From an uncultured virus (IMG/VR IMGVR_UViG_3300029305_005254) (Duplodnaviria; Heunggongvirae; Uroviricota; Caudoviricetes), in IMG/VR virus record IMGVR_UViG_3300029305_005254: DNA of 64,000 bases. One strand, 5' to 3'. Under the pieces are notes generated by a model, which saw only the letters and a program-made list of their open reading frames with translations, searched no databases and was not told the origin of the DNA. Position numbers and translations under genes: made by a program. This document shows positions 1-10,513 of this stretch, in pieces. Position 1 is the first letter of the stretch. Every line of letters starts with the position of its first letter.

Positions 1-234
1 TATTTTATAATAATGAATACCACACTTTCTACCAATAGCATAACCAAGATTTTTTTCTTTATTTACCCAAAATATTCTTAAGTCTTCATATACAGTAGAT
101 ATATAGTCATTTACATAAGCTTGTCTAGATTCTTCACATTCATGAGTGTAAGTGAAGAAGTCTTGCCAATCATATTCGCTACGCATATCAATTTCTACCA
201 TATCCTTGGGATACTTATTACAGATACCTGTCAT
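1..234 (-). CDS. Hypothetical protein, 3' end runs off the window (MTGICNKYPKDMVEIDMRSEYDWQDFF...)
   Basis: AGGAG RBS before ATG at 234; frame stays open to base 1; missing from the ORF track. Confidence 0.7.
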   Translation of the reverse strand, partial: MTGICNKYPKDMVEIDMRSEYDWQDFFTYTHECEESRQAYVNDYISTVYEDLRIFWVNKEKNLGYAIGRKCGIHYYKI

Positions 235-247
235 TTTATATTATCTC

Positions 248-1036
248 CTAATTACCCATTAATCTCTTTCCAACTACCCACAAACAGTCACCCTCACATA
301 GAAACTCTCTACACTTAGCCTCATAAATAGGGTCTAACTGATAATCTCCTACATAAGCCTCAACTGCATCATGGTAGTCAACACTACTTGTTACAATCTC
401 ATAATCTATGAAATCCAAACCTTCTGCATATTCACGAATAATCTTCTCTGGGTCTTTACCAACTCTTACTCCTAAAATTGGTTTATTAATTCCGTACTTT
501 GTCATGCCTGTTACAACAGAAGAAAAGCTCATTCCACTACCCACTGGTATTACAATTCGCTTACACTCTTCTGGTATATTCTGAACTTGTTCGCTTGTAA
601 TACTTACATTTTCCTCACATTCCATACCAAATGGAACATAACCACAGTTTCTACTCTCTGCATATTCTCTCGCTCTTGCTACAATAATATTATTGTATCC
701 TGGTCTTACTCGAATTATTTCTGTATGACTATTATTTTTAATATTGGCGATAACAGAGGTATCCCCTCCAAAAGGCATAAATAACTTACAATCTATATCC
801 ATAGATTCACAAATGAAACTTACTATCTCACACTGAGGTGACTGTCTACTACCTGCTGTTACAATAGTTTTATAACCTTTCTCAAGTAACTGCAAGATAA
901 CCTGGTAAGCTGAACGACTCTTACCACCTTTTACCCCATATACCTCAAAGGTATCATCTCTTTTAAGCCAAATACCTTCTTTTTCATAATATTCTACTGG
1001 TGTTAAATCACTAATACTTAATTTCTCGAACTGCAT
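248..1036 (-). CDS. PLP-dependent fold-type II enzyme (D-cysteine desulfhydrase/ACC deaminase-like)
   Basis: TPV...WLKRDD...GGKSR PLP-lysine motif; PVGSGMS phosphate loop; LDPIYEAK. Confidence 0.8.
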   Translation of the reverse strand: MQFEKLSISDLTPVEYYEKEGIWLKRDDTFEVYGVKGGKSRSAYQVILQLLEKGYKTIVTAGSRQSPQCEIVSFICESMDIDCKLFMPFGGDTSVIANIKNNSHTEIIRVRPGYNNIIVARAREYAESRNCGYVPFGMECEENVSITSEQVQNIPEECKRIVIPVGSGMSFSSVVTGMTKYGINKPILGVRVGKDPEKIIREYAEGLDFIDYEIVTSSVDYHDAVEAYVGDYQLDPIYEAKCREFLCEGDCLWVVGKRLMGN

Positions 1037-1473
1037 ATTAACTCCCTCAACATACTTATTCTTTTTAAATCATCGTTGATTACAACATTGCCCAACTCAT
1101 CATACTTCTCCCCTACTTTACCCTCATGGGATAAGATAAACTTCCCGTCTGGCTTTGCTGTTAACATATATACTTCATTGTTTTCTATTATAAAAATAGT
1201 CTCCTGTTTATCTTTTCCACCTCTTACTATAAGAGAAGAATTGTTAAACAAATGCAACATCTCAGAGTGAGCATCAATTACAGCATATCTATTACTCTTA
1301 AGTATCTTATCTAATTCTACATAACATTCCAATTTTGATTCAATATCTCTAGCAGATACTAACTCCCTCTCACCATCTGAACTTGTAAAAGGTTCACTAG
1401 TTATCTCATATATTGAACCCCTATCAAAACTTGTTAAACTTTTAAATAACTTTCCTTCGTACAACCTAATCAC
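1018..1473 (-). CDS. Hypothetical protein
   Basis: 151-aa ORF overlapping the next gene. Confidence 0.6.
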   Translation of the reverse strand: MIRLYEGKLFKSLTSFDRGSIYEITSEPFTSSDGERELVSARDIESKLECYVELDKILKSNRYAVIDAHSEMLHLFNNSSLIVRGGKDKQETIFIIENNEVYMLTAKPDGKFILSHEGKVGEKYDELGNVVINDDLKRISMLRELICSSRN

Positions 1474-1614
1474 TCCTTATACAACAATTATATATTAATA
1501 GCCAAGTGAGACTCACCCACCTAAAACTTACTAGAATTATAACAAAATTCTTACTTATTTACTATATATTTATACTAAATATTTTCGTATTCTTAATTTA
1601 CACACTTTACTAAT

Positions 1615-1923
1615 CTAACAACATTGGTCAAAAATCGCAACTAAATAACTATTACTTAACCCTACCAAACTTATACGGTCCTCATAACTCAACATTTGAT
1701 TAGGAACTATGCACTTATTTAAATGATTTATAGCTATTTGACCATACATCCTAATTCCATCTGTATACCACTGACAAGGAATACCATATATCGTACATAT
1801 AGCGAAATCAATCAAATAATAGCTCTCCTCTATTGTTATTGCTATGTTGTAACCTTTTACAAATGTAAAAAATGTGTCTGCATAGCTTTTTGCTAAATCT
1901 TGTAAATAATTTACACCTCTCAT
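1615..1923 (-). CDS. Hypothetical protein
   Basis: GGAGG RBS, 102 aa. Confidence 0.6.
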   Translation of the reverse strand: MRGVNYLQDLAKSYADTFFTFVKGYNIAITIEESYYLIDFAICTIYGIPCQWYTDGIRMYGQIAINHLNKCIVPNQMLSYEDRISLVGLSNSYLVAIFDQCC

Positions 1924-1935
1924 TATAAGAGCCTC

Positions 1936-3207
1936 CTATAATCCTTTTATTTTCATTATTACCCAAGTTGTTATTTCTTGAACTGTTCCTGATATAAATA
2001 TTATACCTACTATTAATACTGCTATACAACGGACAATCCATTGTCTCATTGTTACCATACCTTTTTCTGGTTTTGATTTCTTACTATAAAGCTTCTCATC
2101 TTCGGGGGGTATTAATTCTATTTTACCTAAAGATAAAACCTTTACTACAGACAAGTCTACCCAAGTATTCACTCTATCTACTAAACCACCTGTAAACATT
2201 AAGATAGAATAAGCCATTAAAAACAAACCTAAAAATGTTAATAACACAGAAAATGTATCTGCTATAGATTTCTTATTGTCTTCTATATTTACTTTTATTT
2301 CATTTAATGTATTAATTTCTGATTGAGATAACCCATTTTGAGTAGGGAGATATAATACATCTTGCTCACTTGTTAACAATTCATCAGTGGTTGGCATTCC
2401 TGCTAATTCCCACTCTCTTACTAATCTATTATACTCCTCTAAATCCTCATCTGAGACTGTTGTATTGAAAGTACCTCCATATATAGATGGAGCAGTTAAA
2501 GGGTCAACACCTTCCATTTTAAATAACATAGAATCACTTGCACCGTAATCTGAATAACTACCATAACTTCCGTAATTATTAGCATCTTCATACTTCTTAG
2601 GTTCTGTTGTAGCACTATAATAGCTATCAAATATAATCATATTACCCTCACTGTCAAAACCATCTACTGCTATCCAATGAGCTCCACCTGCTGTTCTAGG
2701 AATTGTCAATGCCACAAAATACCCCTCGCTCATTTTACCCTTTACCCATGCTTTTAATTCTTCCCCCTTTAAATCATAACAAGAATCACTTTTCTCTTCG
2801 TTATGTAAAACCTCAAGTTCAAAGTCTGGATATCTAGATGGTATTGACCAAGGATTTATATGCCAATAACCACTACTCTGAGAATACATTCTTTCTGTGT
2901 AATCTTCATTTGCCCATTTTATCAATTCTATTGGGTTGTCCTCTTCAGGGTTCATTATCCCCATTTTTACTAAAATAGCTGATGCTGAGAAATAACCACA
3001 AGCTGCTGCTCCTGGAGTTTTACCTGTATTTCCTAAAGTAACATTATCACTACTAGGTACTGTTCCTTGACACCAATACTTAGGGTCTTTACTGGCTTCT
3101 TCTATTGTTAAACCATCTGCATTATAATCATAATAAGCATAGCAACAAACAGAACTTAGCATTATAACTAATACCATTAATAAACTTAATACTCTAACTC
3201 TCTTCAC
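1936..3207 (-). CDS. Exported, membrane-anchored C39-like (papain-fold) peptidase; candidate transfer-associated cell-wall hydrolase
   Basis: Signal peptide; YWCQ...AAACG..SAS (Cys), HWIAVDG (His), IFDS (Asp); two C-terminal TM helices. Confidence 0.65.
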   Translation of the reverse strand: MKRVRVLSLLMVLVIMLSSVCCYAYYDYNADGLTIEEASKDPKYWCQGTVPSSDNVTLGNTGKTPGAAACGYFSASAILVKMGIMNPEEDNPIELIKWANEDYTERMYSQSSGYWHINPWSIPSRYPDFELEVLHNEEKSDSCYDLKGEELKAWVKGKMSEGYFVALTIPRTAGGAHWIAVDGFDSEGNMIIFDSYYSATTEPKKYEDANNYGSYGSYSDYGASDSMLFKMEGVDPLTAPSIYGGTFNTTVSDEDLEEYNRLVREWELAGMPTTDELLTSEQDVLYLPTQNGLSQSEINTLNEIKVNIEDNKKSIADTFSVLLTFLGLFLMAYSILMFTGGLVDRVNTWVDLSVVKVLSLGKIELIPPEDEKLYSKKSKPEKGMVTMRQWIVRCIAVLIVGIIFISGTVQEITTWVIMKIKGL

Positions 3208-4800
3208 TTACTTCAACTCCTTAAGTCTGTTCTCATCTAAAAGTAAACTTAAAACACAACTATAGTCACTTCCTGCAAAGATATCACTAGCCTGTGCTTT
3301 ATCTGCTATAGCATTCTTAAATGTTCTTAACTCAGCTCCCCTAGATAATATAAGATATACATTTTTACCTATTATATCCCTTTCTCTAGTCATTCTACCC
3401 TCAAATTGTACCATTCTGTCTGGGTTAGGGTCATAGTCGTAGAATATACAATGATTACAATTATTGAAGTCAAGACCTTTTTGAACATTTGTTATTAACA
3501 CCTTTAAGTCACCTAACTCAAATCTTGTTGATATATCATCTCGTACTTTCTGTACAGTATCACCATTCATCATATCACAACTCATATCTAAATCACATAA
3601 TAAATCATATATACATCTCTGGGCTTCCTTATACCTAGTAAAAATAAGTATAGGTTCTTCCTGAGGTATTGTACCTATTATTTCTAATAAATCTTGTAAT
3701 TTAGGGGTTGTTTCTGGATTAGTTTCTAACCCTGGTATAAGATTACTAAAGTATGATGGGCAATCATAAACCATATTAGGAATACTTACCTTGCTTAATA
3801 AACTTTTCTGCATAGGTGATAAATCAGAAACATATACCTCAACAGAACAATCAACCATCTTAGCACCTAAACTCTTACGAGTTCTCTGAAAATATCTATA
3901 CCCTACTAGATTTTTAAATTCTTCACCATTCTTATACTTACCACTAAATACTGGATATGGCATAACACCATAAGTATATATCTTATGTTTCTTCTCAAAC
4001 TCTGTCTTAGTAGGTAACAAAGTGTTATCTATATAATTTAACTGATTATAATAGTGCTCTAATTTACCTTCAAAGGATGTTGCGTTAAGCATTATAATAT
4101 ATTCAAATATACCTTCAAAATACAATGCAGACTGATAAGTCTTAGTGGCTGAGTTTGTTAACACATCTCCTGACTCATCTATAATAAGTATATCAAAAGG
4201 ATTATAACCATATTCCTCTATGAAACCTCTAACATAGTCTTGAAAATACACACTATTAAGTAATGAATGAGTACCTACCACATTTGGTGGTAAAACACCT
4301 TTATGTCTTTTACTAAACTTTAATATGTTATCCTTTTCACCAAATAAAGATTCAACATAATTTCCTGTAAACTTAATAGCCTTATTTTTAGTTTTATTAA
4401 CTAAAGTTTTCTCCGTCAATATAAGAAATCTAAAATCTAACCCATTCTTAGTAGCCTGAGATTCTAGTAAGTTACATAACCCACATATCTGAACAGTCTT
4501 ACCCAATCCTACTGAATCTCCTAGAATAGCTCTCTTGGCATAATAAAGATAAGCTACTCCTAAAGTTTGTTCGTCTGTTAGAGTACCTTTTCTCATTTCT
4601 ACAAACTCGGTTGAGCCTGTTTCTACTATTAAATTTACATCTGATGGATTTAAATCATATATTATATTTCTTAAATCTTCAATACAACCATTCTTACTAG
4701 AAAGTTTAATAATACCTTCAAGCTTATCACAATCTTCTTCAGTAAGCTTATTACCTTTATACCTTCCGTTATAATAGGTTACTTCTTTCTTTTTACCCAT
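3208..4800 (-). CDS. SNF2-like superfamily 2 helicase
   Basis: ILGDSVGLGKT (motif I), IIDES (II), LNATS (III), KGLDF (V), QFEGRMTR (VI). Confidence 0.85.
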   Translation of the reverse strand: MGKKKEVTYYNGRYKGNKLTEEDCDKLEGIIKLSSKNGCIEDLRNIIYDLNPSDVNLIVETGSTEFVEMRKGTLTDEQTLGVAYLYYAKRAILGDSVGLGKTVQICGLCNLLESQATKNGLDFRFLILTEKTLVNKTKNKAIKFTGNYVESLFGEKDNILKFSKRHKGVLPPNVVGTHSLLNSVYFQDYVRGFIEEYGYNPFDILIIDESGDVLTNSATKTYQSALYFEGIFEYIIMLNATSFEGKLEHYYNQLNYIDNTLLPTKTEFEKKHKIYTYGVMPYPVFSGKYKNGEEFKNLVGYRYFQRTRKSLGAKMVDCSVEVYVSDLSPMQKSLLSKVSIPNMVYDCPSYFSNLIPGLETNPETTPKLQDLLEIIGTIPQEEPILIFTRYKEAQRCIYDLLCDLDMSCDMMNGDTVQKVRDDISTRFELGDLKVLITNVQKGLDFNNCNHCIFYDYDPNPDRMVQFEGRMTRERDIIGKNVYLILSRGAELRTFKNAIADKAQASDIFAGSDYSCVLSLLLDENRLKELK

Positions 4801-4817
4801 TGTACAACCTTTCTATT

Positions 4818-4988
4818 TTACATAAAATACTTCTGTGGGTTACTTTGAACAACCCTTATAGCCTCTTCGTAGGTGTTAAAACCTTTATAAAATGTTAGTT
4901 TATTACCATACCTCTTCTCACTAGGTCGATAATGCCTTTGATACACTTTAAATTGACCTAATTGAGTAGCTCTTAATTCTCTCTGCAT
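4818..4988 (-). CDS. Small hypothetical protein, 56 aa (MQRELRATQLGQFKVYQRHY...KYFM)
   Basis: Open frame fills the intergenic gap; GGAGG 13 nt upstream; below the ORF-track cutoff. Confidence 0.5.
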   Translation of the reverse strand: MQRELRATQLGQFKVYQRHYRPSEKRYGNKLTFYKGFNTYEEAIRVVQSNPQKYFM

Positions 4989-5007
4989 TTGTCATAGATA
5001 ACCTCCT

Positions 5008-5682
5008 TTATACTTTAGGCTTAAAGCTAAAATATGTATAAGCCTTCTCACCTATAGTCCACTCAACCTCAACACCATCTTTATTTAATTTATTAAATTC
5101 CTTAATACTTTCATTAATAGCCTTTTGTACCTTGAAAGATAAAGTGTCTGCGTCACATATATCATCCCCACCACTCCAACTGGAAAAGCCACCAAGAAAT
5201 CTTGCTGACATTTCAAACTCTTCCTTATAGTACTGAATATCATTTGTAAATACTTCAACACTATTGGTTCTTAACAACCTCATTAGAGTATTACAATATT
5301 GCTCATACTTATCTTTAATGGTGTTGTATACCTTTAACTGCCTTGCGTACTCAACAAATGTACTGTTTAATAAAGCCTTTAAGTTTTCTGTACTTGCAAC
5401 TTCAGCTGCTAAACCCTCACTCCAATGTTTTGTTATGAAACAACCATTTTCTATCCTACCTGCAATAACAGTCTTCTGAATTTCTGGCTTGCAATCATAA
5501 TAGGTTAAAAATGAGTATAAATAACTCTCAGCATTACTTACATCCTCTGAAAAATCTAGTGCTATTTTTGCATTAGCATTCCTTCCAAATTTTGTATATA
5601 CTATATATCTTCTTCCTAAGCAATTTGTATTATCTTCAGTTAAAACTAATGGATAACATAACACCTTTACACTCATATTCAA
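5008..5682 (-). CDS. Hypothetical protein
   Basis: GGAGG RBS, 224 aa. Confidence 0.7.
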   Translation of the reverse strand: MNMSVKVLCYPLVLTEDNTNCLGRRYIVYTKFGRNANAKIALDFSEDVSNAESYLYSFLTYYDCKPEIQKTVIAGRIENGCFITKHWSEGLAAEVASTENLKALLNSTFVEYARQLKVYNTIKDKYEQYCNTLMRLLRTNSVEVFTNDIQYYKEEFEMSARFLGGFSSWSGGDDICDADTLSFKVQKAINESIKEFNKLNKDGVEVEWTIGEKAYTYFSFKPKV

Positions 5683-5687
5683 TCCTC

Positions 5688-6035
5688 CTAAATCCTGAAT
5701 ACTAAAACACCTTTTTCTCTAAATATAGGGAAACATTCCAATACAGTGGATAACATCTTTTTATAGAGTTCGCTCTCTATAGGGAAGAAAAACTCTTCAT
5801 ACTGCCTATCCGTACTTTTCTTAGTAGGTAATATTAAATTTTTACCTTCATTTAAACCTTCTATCTCTTGATAAATATCCTGCTTGCTAGGTAAAACTAA
5901 ATAAAACCCCTTCTCATTATTTTTATATAACTTGATTTTATTTAATTTTAAACTATCTTCAAAAATAATGCTACATACTGCTAAAGATTTTTCTTTTCTG
6001 CTAAATTCCTCAAAAATTATCTTAGTTATATTCAT
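5688..6035 (-). CDS. SpoVG-like nucleic-acid-binding protein
   Basis: LAVCSIIFEDSLKLNKIKL...GFYLVLPSK...FFFPI matches the SpoVG pattern. Confidence 0.7.
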   Translation of the reverse strand: MNITKIIFEEFSRKEKSLAVCSIIFEDSLKLNKIKLYKNNEKGFYLVLPSKQDIYQEIEGLNEGKNLILPTKKSTDRQYEEFFFPIESELYKKMLSTVLECFPIFREKGVLVFRI

Positions 6036-6047
6036 TATTTTACCCTC

Positions 6048-7004
6048 CTATACATACAACTTTCCAAACTTCTTATATATCTTACCTAAAGCGACTGCCT
6101 TATCTATATCCTTCTTTTTATAATACTTAAGTACATATGAGACTTCAGCACCTTGATTTGCTTTTATGAAATCCCTTATATTCGTAGGTACTACCACAAC
6201 TTCTTCCTTTTTAGATTCTAACTCATCAATACTGCTTGGTATAGATTCTGTAAACTCATCAAAAGGGGGTAACTCTTCTTCTATTGTATCTTCTACAACG
6301 TCATCCTCAAATGTAAAATCTTCAAGAGGAAAATCTTCACTACTCTCGTCAATTAGCTTCTCAGGTTTTACCCATTCGTCTATAAAGATTCCATAAGGAA
6401 CAGTATCTCTCATCACCAATTTAGAACCTATATCTCGCTTCTCTGACTTTTTAAATATCTCATCAAACCTAATAAGATTCTCCTTTATATGTTTTCTCCA
6501 AGTATCTATAAAAATACCATTGCTTGTGTAATCTTTTAAACAAGGTTGCCACTCATCTATAAAGATACCATGCACTATTTCTATTGCACTTTGTTGTGTA
6601 GGTTTATCATTCTCTGGTTTAGCTATATTTTGTACTAAATTTAAAAATGTACTTGGTTTAAAAGATTCATTAACATCCTCGTTGTAAGAAACACTTTCCA
6701 TTTCTAATGAAACATTTTCATTTTCTAAATTATCTTCCTCTAAAAACCTAAGTAAATCTTCTATTTCTAATTCATTATTTTGATTTTCTAAATCTTTAAT
6801 TTCAAATAAAGAATTTTCTGAAATTATATCATCACCATATAACTCTTCCCTTTCTATATTTAATTGTTTTATCTCATCTCTCATAAATTGATTGAAAAAA
6901 GTATTATATAAGGTATCATAAGACAAATTTTTGCCTTCAGAAGATACCCTCATATAATACTTCATATTAAGAATTGCTGTCTCTATACTTCCTTCAATTT
7001 TCAT
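6048..7004 (-). CDS. Acidic hypothetical protein with GIFIDxW repeats and a basic C-terminal domain
   Basis: Three GIFID(E/T)W motifs; C-terminus is possibly a winged helix. Confidence 0.7.
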   Translation of the reverse strand: MKIEGSIETAILNMKYYMRVSSEGKNLSYDTLYNTFFNQFMRDEIKQLNIEREELYGDDIISENSLFEIKDLENQNNELEIEDLLRFLEEDNLENENVSLEMESVSYNEDVNESFKPSTFLNLVQNIAKPENDKPTQQSAIEIVHGIFIDEWQPCLKDYTSNGIFIDTWRKHIKENLIRFDEIFKKSEKRDIGSKLVMRDTVPYGIFIDEWVKPEKLIDESSEDFPLEDFTFEDDVVEDTIEEELPPFDEFTESIPSSIDELESKKEEVVVVPTNIRDFIKANQGAEVSYVLKYYKKKDIDKAVALGKIYKKFGKLYV

Positions 7005-7022
7005 ACAACCCTCCTGAGAGTT

Positions 7023-9323
7023 TTACTCTCCAAACAAATCCCAAAACTCAGAATCTGCATCTAAATCTGAAGAATTACTATCTAATTCTCCTGTTGACAT
7101 ATCACTTTCATAAACACTATTACCACTATTAAAACCACTATACTCAAAAGAGCTAACACCATTAGTATTATCTCTTGGAGGTGTTACACCTTTGTTTGCT
7201 TTTACACCTTTAGTAAGACTACCACCAATCATACCATTTATTTTAATACACTCACAATCTGGTTCTAATTTCTTCCATACACCACCTATAAAATCAAATA
7301 ACTTTTTATTACCTTCATTAGATGTAGACAGTACCTCTGCGTGACAAAATACTGCCTGACCACTAGCAATATCTTTAGTTTTAATAGCCATATCACCCTT
7401 ATTAACCAATGAATAAGGGAATTCTTTCTTTGTAACACCCATTGCATTTTTTATCTCTTCTTGATTAAGCTGTCTTACTACTGCTCTACTAGATACAAGA
7501 GAATATGTATTCTTACCAATAACACTATCTACAATACGATGTGGGAAAAGTATTACCCTAACTCCTACATATCTTAATTTTGATACCGCTGTTGACATAA
7601 GATTCTTAAATCTATTCTGCTCGTCCTTATCATTTAATGCAAAATAATCCATTAAAGACATAAGCTCATCTACCACAACATACATATATGGCATTTTATT
7701 TTGTGGATTCATTTGATTGTATTCCTTTATGTTTACACAACCTGCACTATCTAACATATTAGACCTTTCAGTTAAAGCTGTATCTATTACTGTTTGAATA
7801 CCATCATTTATTCTTCTAGGGTCTCCACAAAAATACTTAGTGTGAGGTAAGGCTTCAGCTAGATACCTGTAGTCAGATGCTGTATTCTTGTGGTCAAAGA
7901 AATAAAATTCTAACTCTTTAGGTGAATTAAACATACTTAACTGAGCTACTATTGACTGACCTTTCCAAGACTTACCACCATCTGCCTCACCTGAAATAAT
8001 AATACTGTCACAATTTATTAAATCACAGTATAAAGGCTTTCCAAATTCGTTTATACCCCATACAAAAGGCATTATATTCTTTGGATTTAACACATAACTA
8101 GATATCTGCTTATATACATCGCCTAAAGAGATGGTTATAGCACCATTCTCACCGTAGGCTGTCCCCTTGAATATATTTATTGTAAACTTTCCTACTGTAG
8201 TCTCTACTGTAGCATAAACACCTGACCTAATTTCCATATTATTATCATCTCTACTAAAGGCACTTGCAATTTCGTCTGCTATTTGCTGCTCCTTTAATCC
8301 TACAGGTCTTGAACAATTTAACCTATAAATGAAATCATTTTCATATAGAGTTTCTAACTCTGGAATAGATTCATCCTTAGTACCAACTTGATATGCTGCA
8401 CTCCTTAGATAATCTTCAAACATAAAGAAAATGTCTGAACCCTCAGAAACTTGTAACATCTCAGAAAAACCTGGAGTTATTGTTGGTAAAACTTTTATAA
8501 ATGTTTCATATAGATATTGCCTTGTCTGAGTACCATAAGCAATCTCAGTTACATTAGCTAATGCATCTTCTACACTAAAATCACCATTATTTACAACAGA
8601 ACCACTATAACTATAAGAATCACTATCATCTTCTAACAGAGATAGCCACACTGATTCATCTTCTTCAATAAACTCCTCTTCAGACGCTTGCCAACTCTCT
8701 TCACCTGCTGGCTCATCATCAAATAGAAAATCATAGTTATCTGAGGTTGGGAAAGCATCTTGATAATCATTACTAAAACTTTCTGTGTCACCCTCTACCA
8801 CATCTTTATCATTCCACATACATAATGCAACACCCACTATCATAGCTAAAACTGAACCTATAGTTAAATCCATAGGGCTGTTACCCTTCTGGGTGAAACA
8901 TTCTACAACTGTCATAATTAGTCCAAGAATTGAAAGTATAATACAGTTCTTAACTATTCTTACCCCTAGAGCGTGCCAATCTCCCTCCTTATTATCCTTA
9001 AAAGATAAAAATAAAGCTTTGGCATATCTAAAGACACCTTTACCCGCTGCTATTGTACCATCTATAATATAATCCTCTGTTGATTTAGGGGCTTGATAAC
9101 CCTGCTGTAAGTTATTGTTGTTCTGATTTTGAGAATTATAATTATTTAATGTAGTATTTATATCTGTGCTATATAAATCACTTACCCCTTGTTCTGCTGA
9201 AGATGAACCTTCTGGCATAGAATCAAAAATATCTCCCCAACCATCATCACTACCTTGACCTGGTGCATTAGAGGGTGGGTTTTGCCTAAAATCCCTCTCA
9301 GCTCTAGCATTTTCATATGCCAT
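7023..9323 (-). CDS. FtsK/SpoIIIE-like membrane ATPase; candidate TcpA-type conjugative coupling protein
   Basis: Two N-terminal TM helices; GEADGGKS Walker A; FFDHK; YVVVDE Walker B; RYVGV; lies next to virB4. Confidence 0.75.
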   Translation of the reverse strand: MAYENARAERDFRQNPPSNAPGQGSDDGWGDIFDSMPEGSSSAEQGVSDLYSTDINTTLNNYNSQNQNNNNLQQGYQAPKSTEDYIIDGTIAAGKGVFRYAKALFLSFKDNKEGDWHALGVRIVKNCIILSILGLIMTVVECFTQKGNSPMDLTIGSVLAMIVGVALCMWNDKDVVEGDTESFSNDYQDAFPTSDNYDFLFDDEPAGEESWQASEEEFIEEDESVWLSLLEDDSDSYSYSGSVVNNGDFSVEDALANVTEIAYGTQTRQYLYETFIKVLPTITPGFSEMLQVSEGSDIFFMFEDYLRSAAYQVGTKDESIPELETLYENDFIYRLNCSRPVGLKEQQIADEIASAFSRDDNNMEIRSGVYATVETTVGKFTINIFKGTAYGENGAITISLGDVYKQISSYVLNPKNIMPFVWGINEFGKPLYCDLINCDSIIISGEADGGKSWKGQSIVAQLSMFNSPKELEFYFFDHKNTASDYRYLAEALPHTKYFCGDPRRINDGIQTVIDTALTERSNMLDSAGCVNIKEYNQMNPQNKMPYMYVVVDELMSLMDYFALNDKDEQNRFKNLMSTAVSKLRYVGVRVILFPHRIVDSVIGKNTYSLVSSRAVVRQLNQEEIKNAMGVTKKEFPYSLVNKGDMAIKTKDIASGQAVFCHAEVLSTSNEGNKKLFDFIGGVWKKLEPDCECIKINGMIGGSLTKGVKANKGVTPPRDNTNGVSSFEYSGFNSGNSVYESDMSTGELDSNSSDLDADSEFWDLFGE

Positions 9324-9340
9324 AATACAACCTCCTTATT

Positions 9341-9487
9341 TTAAAAAGCTAATCCAAATATTACATAAAATATACCTATTAATATAAAAACAGCACCTGA
9401 CACTACTTTCTCATTCTGTGTAAAACTTTTATCTTCCATCAAGTGAGATGCTAATATAATGTACAATGCTATAGCAACAATTGACAT
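9341..9487 (-). CDS. Small two-TM membrane protein, 48 aa (MSIVAIALYIILASHL...IFGLAF)
   Basis: Fills the gap exactly; GAGGTGGAG upstream; two hydrophobic segments. Confidence 0.7.
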   Translation of the reverse strand: MSIVAIALYIILASHLMEDKSFTQNEKVVSGAVFILIGIFYVIFGLAF

Positions 9488-9488
9488 A

Positions 9489-10496
9489 CTACTCCACCTC
9501 TCCCTCTTCTACAGGTGATACTTCTTCTACAACTTCTTCTGTAGACTCCTCTGTACCTCTCATTTCTTCTACATAATCAGCACCCTCTTGCATATACATT
9601 CTATTTATATAATTAACCATAAGAGTACCATCTGTGTAGCTACAAATATCATTCAAATCTTTATCTATTGAAACTAACCAACCTGTATCTAAATCAGGAT
9701 ATTTTTCTACTGTAAGATTTATTGTTACATTTCGAGTAACTGCCTCATCACTTCTATAATAATTTAATACATAATCATATAAGTACATTTCACTTTTTGT
9801 AGAATCATTTTCATCGTTATGATATATGTATAGATTGTTGTAAATCTCTTCCTTATCTTCTTCCCAAAAATTTTTATTAGTTAAATCCAATACAGTTAAT
9901 TCTATTGTAAATACTTGTTTATTTTCAGCAAAAATAGTGGTGTCAACTACCCTTACTACTTGGATAGACAACATCACTTCCTTGTACATATTTCTAATAA
10001 AGGAATCATAATAATCTGAAGATAAATCTGATGAATCAAAATAACTCTGGTAAGTACTTACGACTGTACTATTTCTTGAATACTTTTGAGCCATACTTAA
10101 ATCTAATGTTCTTAAACCGTTTAAGTAAGAGTATATAACATCTTCAGCAGTTAAACTTTTATCTCCTAGAGATAAAATAGAACCGTCAACATCCCATACA
10201 TACCCTTCTGGTAATTCCCCATAAGTGGCTATCAAATCTTCTTGTATAGTTATTAAGTAGGCATCGTTTCTCCCATCTTGAGATTCTGTATTACTTGGAG
10301 TATTCTCCAAAGATTGAGCATACTCCTCAGCTCTTTTTAAAGCTTCTTCCTTTTTTCGTTTCTCTTCTAAACTAGATTTTAATCCTGATATTAGTATTAT
10401 ACCCACCAATACTACCAATATTGCAACTACCGACTTTTTAGTGTCACTAAAAATACCTTTGAACAACTTTTTTACTTTTTCTAAAACCTTTTTCAT
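9489..10496 (-). CDS. Bitopic membrane protein; candidate VirB8/TcpC-like channel subunit
   Basis: N-terminal TM, coiled coil and extracellular alpha/beta domain; sits between the virB4-like and coupling ATPases. Confidence 0.45.
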   Translation of the reverse strand: MKKVLEKVKKLFKGIFSDTKKSVVAILVVLVGIILISGLKSSLEEKRKKEEALKRAEEYAQSLENTPSNTESQDGRNDAYLITIQEDLIATYGELPEGYVWDVDGSILSLGDKSLTAEDVIYSYLNGLRTLDLSMAQKYSRNSTVVSTYQSYFDSSDLSSDYYDSFIRNMYKEVMLSIQVVRVVDTTIFAENKQVFTIELTVLDLTNKNFWEEDKEEIYNNLYIYHNDENDSTKSEMYLYDYVLNYYRSDEAVTRNVTINLTVEKYPDLDTGWLVSIDKDLNDICSYTDGTLMVNYINRMYMQEGADYVEEMRGTEESTEEVVEEVSPVEEGEVE

Positions 10497-10513
10497 TATA
10501 CAACCCTCCTAAA

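Noticed and set aside
7023..9323. Type VII secretion EssC call (FtsK ATPase plus an FHA/kinase cassette elsewhere)
   Set aside because: Single ATPase domain only, no WXG100 substrate seen, and the gene lies beside virB4
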